DNA from: Fidelibacterota bacterium
Lineage (GTDB): Bacteria > Fidelibacterota > Marinisomatia > SCGC-AAA003-L08 > GCA-2689995
Assembly (NCBI GenBank): GCA_014381925.1
Contig: JACNKR010000048.1
Span: 313-64,312, forward strand
Length of the DNA: 64,000 nt
Direction of reading: 5' to 3'
Positions 27,805 through 37,817 of the stretch are shown here, piece after piece. Each line of letters starts with the position of its first letter. Position 1 is the stretch's first letter. A program made the translations under genes and the position numbers. The notes beneath the pieces are model-generated. The model made no database searches and had not been told where the DNA came from. It was given only the letters and a program-made list of their open reading frames with translations.

Positions 27805-29352
27805 ATGAAAAGATTTTTTTATATATTGTTGTTTATTGGAGGTTTTATATCTCAGGTAGGTGCTGTTGGTGAGGCTGGAGCTATTTTCTTATTGATAACA
27901 CCAGGAGCAGGTCCTGCCGGCACAGGTGAAGCTCAAGTTGCAAAAGCTGACGATGCGTATGCTTCTTATTTTAATCCTGCAGGATTAGCCTTTTTAAATG
28001 GTTCAGAAATGTCACTTATGCATGTTAATTGGTTACCTAATCTTGCAGATGATTTATATTATGAGTATTTAGGAGGTAGGACTTATATTGAAAATTTAGG
28101 TACTATTGGAGGACATTTTATTTTCCTAAACTTAGGTGAGCAAACAAGAACAGATGAGTTTGGTAACATATTAAATAAATTTACAAGTAATATGTGGGCT
28201 TTGACTGCTAATTTTTCAACGATGCTATCCGAAAACTCAGGAATAGGATTAGGAATGAAAGTTTTTCAACAAAATTTAATTTCGGGCGGAACTGCAGCCG
28301 AAGCTGGAAATGGAAAATCAACAGATTTTGCATTTGATTTAGGTTATTTACTTAAATTAAATCGTTTTAATTTTGGATTTGCAATTTCAAATATTGGACC
28401 TAAAATTTCATTTATTGATGTAAATCAAGCAGACCCTGCTCCAACAAATTTAAGAATTGGATTTCAAGCTGAATTATATAATAATAATTATAATAAGGTT
28501 AACTTATTGTTTGATGTGAATAAGTTATTAGTTGCTTCATATCCTGATATGGATTGGGATGGAGATGGTCTTGTTGGAGGATATGATGAAGCGGGAGATT
28601 TAGGTACATTGGGTGGAGAAGATTATGGTTTTAATCAAAATGGACAAATAGAATACTCACATTCAGATCCATGGTATTTTGCCATTATTACTTCGTGGTT
28701 AGATGATTGGTTTTTAGGAGGAGATCGAGATTTAATTAGACAAGGTGCAAGTTCAGAATTACTTGATCATAAAATTGGTGGATGGGAATTTTTTAATGGC
28801 GAATGTAATTCTAATTTTACATCAATATCTACATCAAATAATAATATGTGTAATGAACCGGACTCACCTGAATTTGACCCATATATTGAATTAGACGATG
28901 TAGTAACAGAAGTTTATGACGATGAATTGAAACAAAATTTTTATCCTGAGCTTTTTGAACATGAACCATATTATGATAGTAATGAAAATAATATTTATGA
29001 TGAAGGTATTGATGTATTATTAAATGATTTAAATGATAACGGAGAATGGGACTCGTTTGAAGATTCTAAGTATAATGAGTTTGGTCAAGTTGAAAAAGGA
29101 AAAGGTGATGAACGATCAATTAAAACTGAATTTGTTGAAAGTGTATATAATATTGGATTAGAATATTGGTATAGTGAAAATTTTGCAGTTAGGGCAGGTT
29201 ATATACATGATCAAGAAGGTGACATAAAAGTTCCAACAATGGGTGCAGGACTTCGATTTGGTGGTTATGGATTTGATTTTGGATATACAGGTGGTGCAGA
29301 AGGCCACCCTCGCTCTAACACAATGTTCTTTTCTATAAATATGGAACTTTAA
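27805..29352 (+). CDS. porV: PorV-family outer-membrane protein with a large acidic loop insertion
   Basis: FLLITPGA, YFNPAGLAF, NWLP, DLYYEY, SNIGPKI, PTNLRIG, GLEYWY...FAVRAGY, HP..NT; start at ATG 27805 behind AGGGGA. Confidence 0.8.
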   Translation: MKRFFYILLFIGGFISQVGAVGEAGAIFLLITPGAGPAGTGEAQVAKADDAYASYFNPAGLAFLNGSEMSLMHVNWLPNLADDLYYEYLGGRTYIENLGTIGGHFIFLNLGEQTRTDEFGNILNKFTSNMWALTANFSTMLSENSGIGLGMKVFQQNLISGGTAAEAGNGKSTDFAFDLGYLLKLNRFNFGFAISNIGPKISFIDVNQADPAPTNLRIGFQAELYNNNYNKVNLLFDVNKLLVASYPDMDWDGDGLVGGYDEAGDLGTLGGEDYGFNQNGQIEYSHSDPWYFAIITSWLDDWFLGGDRDLIRQGASSELLDHKIGGWEFFNGECNSNFTSISTSNNNMCNEPDSPEFDPYIELDDVVTEVYDDELKQNFYPELFEHEPYYDSNENNIYDEGIDVLLNDLNDNGEWDSFEDSKYNEFGQVEKGKGDERSIKTEFVESVYNIGLEYWYSENFAVRAGYIHDQEGDIKVPTMGAGLRFGGYGFDFGYTGGAEGHPRSNTMFFSINMEL

Positions 29353-29359
29353 ACAAAAG

Positions 29360-31903
29360 TTGTCTATATATAATAAGTTTGTAATTTTAGCTACCCTCGC
29401 TTTCGGGGGTGGTTTGTTTTCTACACCTATTGTAAATTCAGTATTAAATGTTGAAAATACAGATATTCAGCTCTTAATTGGTTTAAGAATTCAATTTCCT
29501 CAGTCTGAAATTGATAATAGTACAAGTGGTGATGAAACATTTTTTTTGAATGAAATTGATGAAAATATTTTAACAAGATGCGATGGTTTTTTTGTTGATT
29601 TACCCCCTCATAATCAATCTTATTTTCAATCTCAAATGAATGCTGTAAATAATTATTTTAATTCTGTTTCAAATGGGAATATCAATTTTGATATTGAAAT
29701 GACTGAAAATATTTTAACTGCAAATGAAGGAATGGCATATTATGCAAGTTCTGATACAACTTTAGGTGATTTATTTATTGAAGGAATAAATGGATTTAAT
29801 TCAGAAATTGAATCAATAGTATTAAATTATTTTTCTGATTTAGAAATGGGTTTGGAACAAACTTTAATTGTTTTATTTCATGCGGGAATTGGTCAAGATT
29901 TTGCAGTTCCTTTTTTAGATCCAACTCCAAATGATCTAAGCAGTGCATATATTGAAGAAACAATGTTGAGAGTTTTACCTTCAATTTCAGAAATAAAAAT
30001 AAAGAGGGGAGTTTTATTGCCTGAATCTCAAAATCATATTTATTATAATGTTATTGAATCTATTTTTAATGGAGAAGAAGATTTTTGCGATTATCAAATT
30101 GGTATGACGGGGATTTTTTCTTTTTTGGTTGGGTATGCACTAGGAATACCGCCCTTATATAATATTGAAACAGGTGATGCAGGCGTAGGTGTTTTTGGAT
30201 TAATGGATCATGGGTCAAATAATGGAAGAGGTGTGATACCTGCCCCACCTACTGCATGGAGTCGAATTAATGCTGGTTGGGTTGAGCCAACATTATTAAA
30301 TAAAAATGGTATTTATGAAATTTATTCACGAAATATAGAAGATAAGATTATGAAAATTCCTATTTCTAATGATGAATATTTTTTATTAGAGTTTAGAAAT
30401 AACTTAGCTGTTGAAAGTGATAACTTAGAAGAAATTAGATTTCAAGAAGATTTTTCATATTTACATTGGTTTGATGTGTTAACTGATTCATTACCTGAAT
30501 TAATAAATTTAACTGAAATGGGAATTATTGAATCTATTTCTAATTATGATTTAGGTTTGCCAGAAACCGGAGCCTTAATTTGGCATATAAAAGAACCAAA
30601 TTCTAGTTTAGATAGTATCAATATAGACCCTGAAAATAGACACATCCATTTGGAAGAAGCGGATGGTGCTATTGATATTGGTTATGAGAGTTTTAATCCC
30701 TTTTTTAATGAACATATTACAGGATGGGGTGCAGATATGTGGTTTCCACGAAATTCACAATGGGAATTAGCAAATCAAAATTTTGATGAAATTGAGTTTA
30801 GTGATTTAACATTTCCAAATACAAAAACTAATTCTGGAGTTAAAACAAATATTCGCATATCTGAAATTAATATATCTGATTCCACATTTAATTTTAAATT
30901 TCAAAAAACAAGTAACCTGAATTGGCTACAAATTGCAGAATATGGCTCTTACCCAATTGGTGCAACATCTAATTCTGTTATTATGAAATCTGGAAATGAC
31001 TTTTTTCAAATTTATTTATCTATTCCTGATACAATTAGTATAAATACAATAAATATAGATTTTACAGATGATTGTATCAATAACCCATTTCAAATTATAC
31101 AACCAGAAAACTCTGGGTATGAATGTATTTCTCAACCTCAAACTATAAATGGATATATTGAAAATCCAGATTTCCTAATTGAAATAGATAATGCATCGGC
31201 TGTTGGTGATATAGATTTAGATGGTTTAGATGAAATTTTTTATTTTGAAAATGGAAAATTATATTGTGAAAATGAAAATGGTACATTCTGTAATGGGTTT
31301 CCAATTTCTGGTAATTTCACAGAGTCATTACTAATAGCAAATATTATAGATGATGAATTCCCAGAGATTATTTTAAAAGAGGGATATGATTTAAAAATTA
31401 TATCTCATCTCGGTATAGAATTATTTAGTGAATCTTCATTAACAAATGTAATGCCAATTATTGTGCCAAATTGGGATGGTGAATTAGCAGGATTAGTTGA
31501 TGGTACTCAAATTTTTACTTTTGAATACGATGAACAACATAGCTATTGGATTACAAAATTTGGAACAATAAATGGAGATTCGAAATCTTCAGGTTTTCAT
31601 TTTTCACAAGAAGTTTCTTTTGATGGAATTGAGAAAAAGAAAGTATATAATTACCCAAACCCTGTTAGAGATGGTAAAACTACATTCAGATTTTTTAATT
31701 ACGGTGCAAGTTCTGTAAAAATAACGATTTTTAATTCAGCGGGGCAATTTATAGAATCATTTGAAAAAAATGATTTAACATATAATGAATATAATGAATA
31801 TGAGTGGGAAACCGGTCGTTTAAATGTGGGGGTTTATCTTGCAGAAATTAAGCCGAATATTGGCAATGCACACCTAGTTCATGTTATGATATTAAATAAA
31901 TGA
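29360..31903 (+). CDS. M6 (immune inhibitor A)-like domain protein with degenerate zinc motif, FG-GAP-like repeats and T9SS-type C-terminal domain
   Basis: FHAG.G, G.G.FGLMD.GS, AWSRI.AGW, EYFLLEFR, G.LIWHI, LEEADG, GDIDLDGLDEI, VYNYPNPV...G.Y; HExxH position reads FLVGY. Confidence 0.8.
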   Translation: MSIYNKFVILATLAFGGGLFSTPIVNSVLNVENTDIQLLIGLRIQFPQSEIDNSTSGDETFFLNEIDENILTRCDGFFVDLPPHNQSYFQSQMNAVNNYFNSVSNGNINFDIEMTENILTANEGMAYYASSDTTLGDLFIEGINGFNSEIESIVLNYFSDLEMGLEQTLIVLFHAGIGQDFAVPFLDPTPNDLSSAYIEETMLRVLPSISEIKIKRGVLLPESQNHIYYNVIESIFNGEEDFCDYQIGMTGIFSFLVGYALGIPPLYNIETGDAGVGVFGLMDHGSNNGRGVIPAPPTAWSRINAGWVEPTLLNKNGIYEIYSRNIEDKIMKIPISNDEYFLLEFRNNLAVESDNLEEIRFQEDFSYLHWFDVLTDSLPELINLTEMGIIESISNYDLGLPETGALIWHIKEPNSSLDSINIDPENRHIHLEEADGAIDIGYESFNPFFNEHITGWGADMWFPRNSQWELANQNFDEIEFSDLTFPNTKTNSGVKTNIRISEINISDSTFNFKFQKTSNLNWLQIAEYGSYPIGATSNSVIMKSGNDFFQIYLSIPDTISINTINIDFTDDCINNPFQIIQPENSGYECISQPQTINGYIENPDFLIEIDNASAVGDIDLDGLDEIFYFENGKLYCENENGTFCNGFPISGNFTESLLIANIIDDEFPEIILKEGYDLKIISHLGIELFSESSLTNVMPIIVPNWDGELAGLVDGTQIFTFEYDEQHSYWITKFGTINGDSKSSGFHFSQEVSFDGIEKKKVYNYPNPVRDGKTTFRFFNYGASSVKITIFNSAGQFIESFEKNDLTYNEYNEYEWETGRLNVGVYLAEIKPNIGNAHLVHVMILNK
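29391..29420 (+). terminator. Terminator-like hairpin after porV, inside the next gene's signal-peptide codons
   Basis: CTACCCTCG-CTTT-CGGGGGTGG (9-bp stem with 2 GU pairs) followed by TTTGTTTT. Confidence 0.6.
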
Positions 31904-34872
31904 AAAAATATTTAACTCAATATTTTATTTATATATTTTTAATTTCTGGATTATTTTGCCAGTCTTTATATAATCACCCCGAATTAAACTGGCATTCTTT
32001 TGAAACTGAACATTTTATATTTCATTTTCATGATGAAACTGAAAATTCAGCTAGAGAAGCGGCCACCGTAGCAGAATATATTTATCAGCCAATTACAACC
32101 CTTTATGACTATGAGCCACCGGAAAAAACACAAATAATTATTAAAGACACCGATGATTATGCCAATGGAGCTGCATATTCGTTTGATAATAAAATTGAAA
32201 TTTGGGCAACTCCACTAGCCTTTGATTTAAGAGGTGCACATCGATGGTTGCAAAATGTAATTACTCATGAGTTTACTCATATTATTCAAATTCAATCATC
32301 CGTTAAATTTTCATTAAATGTACCGGGTGGTTTTTTTCAATTTATTGGTTATGAAAAAGAAAAAAGAGATGATGTATTATATGGTTATCCTGATCGAATA
32401 GTATCATACCCCTTACCCGGGATTATAATTCCACCTTGGTTGGCTGAAGGTACAGCTCAATTTATGTACCCAGGAGCTAACTTTGACTTTTTAGATTCTC
32501 ATCGTGATATGATTATACGAGATAGAGTTTTGAACAATAATCTTCTTACTTTTTCACAAATGAATTCATTTGGTAAAAGAGGAATTGGCAATGAATCAAC
32601 TTATAATCAAGGCTTTTCATTTATTTTATGGCTGGCAAAGAATTATGGAAATGATATTAATAAGAGAATATCAAAAGAGATTTCAAATCCATTTCAGTTT
32701 TCGATTTCAAATGCATTAAAAAAAGCAACGGGTATTTCTGGAAAAGAACTTTATAGTTCATGGGCAAATGATATTTCTATAGATTATTTAAAGAAAACAG
32801 AAAAAATAAAACGAAATGAAATTAAAGGTGAAATAATAGAAGACGATGGAGGGGTAAATTTATATCCCGTTTGGAGCCCTAATAATAAAAACTTCGCCTT
32901 TTTAAGTAATCGAAAACATGATTATTTTTCTCAAACAGATTTATATATATATAATTTTGAAACAGATAAATCAATAAAAATTGCAAGTAGAGTTGAATCT
33001 AAACCTACTTGGATAAATAATAGTCATATCCTTTATTCTCGTCGCTCGAAGAAAAATGATAATGGTTCTACTTTTTTTGATTTATATAAATATGATTTAA
33101 ACTTAAAAGAAGAAACTCAATTAACAATTAGTGGTCGTTTTACAAGTCCATTAGTATTAAAAGGGAAGGATAAATTTATAGCATTTAAAACAAGTGATGG
33201 TTCAACAAATATATATTTATCAGATGTTAATCATGTAGATCTTCAGCCAATAACTCAAATTGATAATGGTTTAGTTCTTTTTTCAGCGACTTATAATTCT
33301 ATTGAAAATATTTTAATTTTAGATGGGAATTCATTACATGGTCGGCAGTTATATTCATTGGATATGGAAAATTATAAATTAGAAATAATTACAAATTCAA
33401 ATTGGGATTCCCGAAACCCAAATTATCAAAATGGACAATTATGTTATTCTGAAGATAAATCGGGGATTTATAATTTAATATGTGAGTTTAATGATAATAA
33501 GAATTATATCTCAAATGTTTTAGGTGGTGCTTTTATGCCAGATGTGAACAATAAAGGTGAAGTATTATTTAGCCTTTATAAAAATGGTGAGTATGAAATT
33601 GCAATATTGAAAGAAAAAAACTATATCAATAAAAATTATGTGGGATATTCTGAAAATAATTTTGAAAATCGTCCTCATTCCATTTTAATTTCAGAAAAAA
33701 ATAATACGGAGGCAACTGATTATAAAGATGGGATGTCTCGTCCTTTTATTTTACCTAAATTGATGATTGATTATAATACCGTAAAATATGGTTTTTATTT
33801 ATTTTCATCTGAATTTTTGAATCGAATGAATTTTATTGTAGGTGCATCATTAAATTCAATTAAAGATAAAGACCTATTTGCAATTTTTGAATATAAAAAA
33901 TGGAAATATACATTTTATATGAATTTTTTTGGAATTCAAAGACATAAAAATAATATGGATTATAAGTTTTTTGATTTATATACAGGTAGATCAGATTTAA
34001 AATTTACAATTTTTGCAACAGATTTAGGTACAAAATTTCCTTATAAAAATCATTTAATAGACTTAAAATATTCATACCAAAAATATAGAGCAAACCAACG
34101 GTGGACATTTATTGAAGGATCTGGAATAAATGAATATCCAGCAGGGTATGGGTATGATTATTATCGAAATCATTCTCTTTCTTTAACTGGAAAATTTTCA
34201 ACTAAAAAAACACAATTTTTAGGAAATATGTTACCTCAAAATGGATATGATTTAAATTACAAAATTATGTTTGATCATAATTTATTTTTAAATGGATTTA
34301 AGGAAGATCAATTACAGACGGAGATTTTTTCTCCCGAACATACTTTTAGAACTGAAGTTAAATTTCATAAGTATAAATTATTATCTGAAAAATTAAATAT
34401 TAGTGGTGCATTTAAGAGTCAAATTGGAGTTGTGAGTAATCAAAACATCGATGATTTCTTTTATTATTTTAATGGAGGGTTAGCAGGTTTAAAAGGATAT
34501 ACTTATTATGATACAACATTATATGGTCCTAATATGATGTTATTATCTACCGTAGTTAGAAAACCTGTATTTACAGAAAAAAGTATTGTGATTGGCCCAG
34601 TAAATTTACAGAATTTATCTATAGGGATTATTGGACAATATGGTGGTGGATATAGCTATAAAATGAATGAAATTATTACTGGTAAACCAAAAAATTGGTT
34701 CTCTGATGTGAATTTTGGCGAATCTATAGGATGTGAATTAAGATTGGCAGGTTTCTCATTTTATTCATATCCAACGACATTTTCGTATGAAATCCATTAT
34801 CCTTTAGCAAATGATTATGAAAATCCTCAACCTAAACATTATTTTACAATTTTATTTGATTTTCAGGAGTAA
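31900..34872 (+). CDS. Peptidase MA-like domain + PD40/TolB-like beta-propeller + C-terminal beta-barrel protein
   Basis: Signal peptide, VITHEFTHIIQ, PPWLAEGTA, P.WSP propeller motifs, aromatic strand-rich C-terminus ending HYFTILFDFQE. Confidence 0.78.
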   Translation: MKKYLTQYFIYIFLISGLFCQSLYNHPELNWHSFETEHFIFHFHDETENSAREAATVAEYIYQPITTLYDYEPPEKTQIIIKDTDDYANGAAYSFDNKIEIWATPLAFDLRGAHRWLQNVITHEFTHIIQIQSSVKFSLNVPGGFFQFIGYEKEKRDDVLYGYPDRIVSYPLPGIIIPPWLAEGTAQFMYPGANFDFLDSHRDMIIRDRVLNNNLLTFSQMNSFGKRGIGNESTYNQGFSFILWLAKNYGNDINKRISKEISNPFQFSISNALKKATGISGKELYSSWANDISIDYLKKTEKIKRNEIKGEIIEDDGGVNLYPVWSPNNKNFAFLSNRKHDYFSQTDLYIYNFETDKSIKIASRVESKPTWINNSHILYSRRSKKNDNGSTFFDLYKYDLNLKEETQLTISGRFTSPLVLKGKDKFIAFKTSDGSTNIYLSDVNHVDLQPITQIDNGLVLFSATYNSIENILILDGNSLHGRQLYSLDMENYKLEIITNSNWDSRNPNYQNGQLCYSEDKSGIYNLICEFNDNKNYISNVLGGAFMPDVNNKGEVLFSLYKNGEYEIAILKEKNYINKNYVGYSENNFENRPHSILISEKNNTEATDYKDGMSRPFILPKLMIDYNTVKYGFYLFSSEFLNRMNFIVGASLNSIKDKDLFAIFEYKKWKYTFYMNFFGIQRHKNNMDYKFFDLYTGRSDLKFTIFATDLGTKFPYKNHLIDLKYSYQKYRANQRWTFIEGSGINEYPAGYGYDYYRNHSLSLTGKFSTKKTQFLGNMLPQNGYDLNYKIMFDHNLFLNGFKEDQLQTEIFSPEHTFRTEVKFHKYKLLSEKLNISGAFKSQIGVVSNQNIDDFFYYFNGGLAGLKGYTYYDTTLYGPNMMLLSTVVRKPVFTEKSIVIGPVNLQNLSIGIIGQYGGGYSYKMNEIITGKPKNWFSDVNFGESIGCELRLAGFSFYSYPTTFSYEIHYPLANDYENPQPKHYFTILFDFQE

Positions 34873-34879
34873 ATATAGA

Positions 34880-36220
34880 ATGATTAAATTAATTAGTATT
34901 TTTATAGTTTTTATTGGATTTTTAACAAGTGAAATTATTCCACAAAATATTGAAAAACTTGAAATTTTAGGCGAAATTAAATCTATAAGTGATTCTAGCT
35001 CAACAAGTGATAGTATCAAAATTTCATTGTCTATAAATAAAGAGAAAAAATATAAATATCCAGGAAGAGCAATGTTATTATCAGGTTTAATTCCGGGCTT
35101 GGGTGAATTGTATTCTGGAAGTCCAGTCAAAGCATTTACTTTTGCAGGAATTGAAGCTGGTGCATGGTATTTCTGGAATAAACAACAAGATAAAATGCTT
35201 ATTCAAGAACAGGCATATAAACGTTTTGCTGATGAACATTGGGATTTTGAACGATGGGTAAAGAATTATTATAATTATTATAATTTGCAGAATGAATTTT
35301 TAAATACATTTGAGTTTTATAAATTATTTTCAAATATTCCAAATGGTATTCCAACAATGTTTGGTAGCTATAATAGTAACTTTAATCAAATTGAAGAATG
35401 GGTTGATATAAATAATAATTCTATACAGGACGAAGGTGAAATAATTGAATGGAATTATACACATATAAATGATGGGTCTCATTCAATTGCATTTTATGAT
35501 CCTCGTTATGATGAAATTAAAACATTTCCTAATGATCCTCCTAGTTTAGAAAGTAATGGATATTTTTATTGTTCTGATTTTGATAATAGTTCTAATAATT
35601 GTAATTCTTTTGAGTTATTACCTGAATTTGAAGAAGTACTTTCAGAAGTATATGTTCAAAAGAACTTACATTTTTATGAAAATATTGGTAAATATAATCA
35701 ATTTTTTATGGGGTGGGATGATGCTCAATTAACAGTAACTTCATTTTCTTTATCCGATAATTTAGTAAATATTGGGGTGGATATTTCGAATTATGTGGTA
35801 ACGGCAGATTCTATAATTGGTCCATTGAATAATCCGAGAATAAATATATCAGATAAATTTGAATATAATTCAAATACAGGTGATTTAGAGTTGGTAGAAA
35901 ATTTAAACCCTAGTTTACAAAATTTTCAAATTATGTACACAAAAGCAAGTATATTTGATAATGAAGGATATATTGTTCCAAAATCTCCAAATAAATGGAC
36001 TTACCGAGATTTAAGGGATGAATATAATAATATTGGAAAAATGGCAGGGTATGCAATGACTTCTGTTATGTTTAATCATGTTATTAGTATGATTGATGCA
36101 GTAATTTCAACTAATATTTCTAATCGAAAAAGTCAACAATCTCGAGTTACCGCGGAACCTATTTTAGATTTAGAATCAAAATATGGTGTGGGTGGTATTC
36201 GATTAAATTATAGGTTTTAA
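34880..36220 (+). CDS. Secreted/outer-membrane hypothetical protein (DUF5683-like P..A...S..IPGLG..Y motif)
   Basis: Start at ATG 34880 with signal peptide; PGRAMLLSGLIPGLGELY, YENIGKYNQF..GWDD, NHVISMIDA, terminal LNYRF. Confidence 0.65.
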   Translation: MIKLISIFIVFIGFLTSEIIPQNIEKLEILGEIKSISDSSSTSDSIKISLSINKEKKYKYPGRAMLLSGLIPGLGELYSGSPVKAFTFAGIEAGAWYFWNKQQDKMLIQEQAYKRFADEHWDFERWVKNYYNYYNLQNEFLNTFEFYKLFSNIPNGIPTMFGSYNSNFNQIEEWVDINNNSIQDEGEIIEWNYTHINDGSHSIAFYDPRYDEIKTFPNDPPSLESNGYFYCSDFDNSSNNCNSFELLPEFEEVLSEVYVQKNLHFYENIGKYNQFFMGWDDAQLTVTSFSLSDNLVNIGVDISNYVVTADSIIGPLNNPRINISDKFEYNSNTGDLELVENLNPSLQNFQIMYTKASIFDNEGYIVPKSPNKWTYRDLRDEYNNIGKMAGYAMTSVMFNHVISMIDAVISTNISNRKSQQSRVTAEPILDLESKYGVGGIRLNYRF

Positions 36221-36223
36221 TTT

Positions 36224-37006
36224 ATGATACAAAAGTTTATTCTTATTTCTTTATATATAATTTTAATGATGAATTGTGGTTCAAAATCAAGTTTATTAGA
36301 TGAAAATATAGCTGAGCGATTTAATTTAGGAATGGAGTATTTTGAAAAAGAAAAATATTTAAAAGCAGAAATTGAATTTAATTATCTTATTTTAAACAAC
36401 CCTGGTTCAAAATTATCTTTAGATGCACAATATTATTTAGCCGAATCTATGTTTTATCAAGAAAAATATGATGAATCAATAGTAGAATATATGAGGTATA
36501 GTCGGTTTTCAGATGATCCAATTAAAATAGAAACTGCAGAATTTAAATCATGTAAAGCATCTTTTTTATTATCAAATAATTTTTTACATGATTTAGGGTC
36601 TGCACCTGAACTAATGGATAAATTGCAAGTATTTATTGAGAAATTCCCAGAAAGTAATTATTTGTCTGATATAGAAGGTTTTTTTAGTGAAATCAGAGAA
36701 AGACTTGCGAAAAAAGAATATGAAGCAGGAAGACTTTATTTAAAAATAGAGGAATATGAATCTGCATTAATATATTTCAATGAAGTTATAACATTATATT
36801 ATGATACAAAATATGCAGATTTAGCGAGAATTGAAATTATATTTACCTTTTTATTACAACATAAATATGAAGATGCTATTTTACAATTATCTATATTTGA
36901 GGATAAATTTATAGATGGTAATAATCAATTAATCGCTAAAACATTGATTAAAGATATGAGAGACGGTAATTTGACATTATCAAATTACTATCGATTATAT
37001 AAGTGA
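36224..37006 (+). CDS. bamD: Outer membrane protein assembly factor BamD
   Basis: Lipobox MNC, TPR helices, Q.FIEKFPES.Y, LAKKEYEAGRLYLK. Confidence 0.88.
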   Translation: MIQKFILISLYIILMMNCGSKSSLLDENIAERFNLGMEYFEKEKYLKAEIEFNYLILNNPGSKLSLDAQYYLAESMFYQEKYDESIVEYMRYSRFSDDPIKIETAEFKSCKASFLLSNNFLHDLGSAPELMDKLQVFIEKFPESNYLSDIEGFFSEIRERLAKKEYEAGRLYLKIEEYESALIYFNEVITLYYDTKYADLARIEIIFTFLLQHKYEDAILQLSIFEDKFIDGNNQLIAKTLIKDMRDGNLTLSNYYRLYK

Positions 37007-37569
37007 AGTTGTATTTTTTGGGTGGATCGTTTAATCCACCGCATTTAGGCCATTTAAAGATTGCAGAGTTTTGTATAAAACAATGTGATCTTTTTTTATT
37101 TATACCCACATATAAATCTCCATTTAAATTAAACCAAAAAATCGTTTCACCTTCTCATCGTTTAAATATGTTAAATTTATTAATACAAAAACATGAAAAA
37201 ATTAAAGTAGATTCATTTGAAATTGAAAAAGAAGAGACCAGCTATACTTATAAAACAGTAGAATATATTAAAAATAAATATAATCCTTCTGAATTGGTAA
37301 TGATAATTGGTGATGATCATTTGGAAGCTTTAAATAAATGGAAAAACATTGATTATATTTATAATAATTGTAAATTAATTTGTTTTAATAGAAATAATAT
37401 ATACACCAAAAAGAATCTGGAAATCGAATTTATTAAATCTTTTAATTTCCCAATTTCATCATCCCAAATTCGAAATAATATTAAACAAAAAAATATTCGG
37501 GGAATAAAGAATTCCTTATCAAGTAAATTGGTTGACTATATTTTAAAAAATAAATTATATGAAAAATAA
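37003..37569 (+). CDS. nadD: Nicotinate-nucleotide adenylyltransferase
   Basis: GGSFNPPHLGH, SYT, IIGDD, W, ISSSQIR. Confidence 0.93.
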   Translation: MKLYFLGGSFNPPHLGHLKIAEFCIKQCDLFLFIPTYKSPFKLNQKIVSPSHRLNMLNLLIQKHEKIKVDSFEIEKEETSYTYKTVEYIKNKYNPSELVMIIGDDHLEALNKWKNIDYIYNNCKLICFNRNNIYTKKNLEIEFIKSFNFPISSSQIRNNIKQKNIRGIKNSLSSKLVDYILKNKLYEK

Positions 37570-37817
37570 AAATATGAGTAATACATAAATTATTGTTTAT
37601 CAATAGTTGTAAGGTGTATAAAATTAATAAGTTATTATATATATTAACAATGTATTCACAGTGAAAATAAAAATTTTCAGGATGATGTATGTAAGGAGTG
37701 TAGAAATGATTATTTTGTATATTATGGCATATATAATATGAAATATTTATTTTGTAATTTTAATATCTCCGCGAATGAAGAAAAATCATTTTATCAGTTT
37801 TGAAATATATTGAATTG

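Noticed and set aside
37570-37817. Possible small gene (AAGGAG, CKEC) between nadD and the regulator
   Set aside because: The frame behind the SD closes after 11 codons and the CKEC frame has no supported start.
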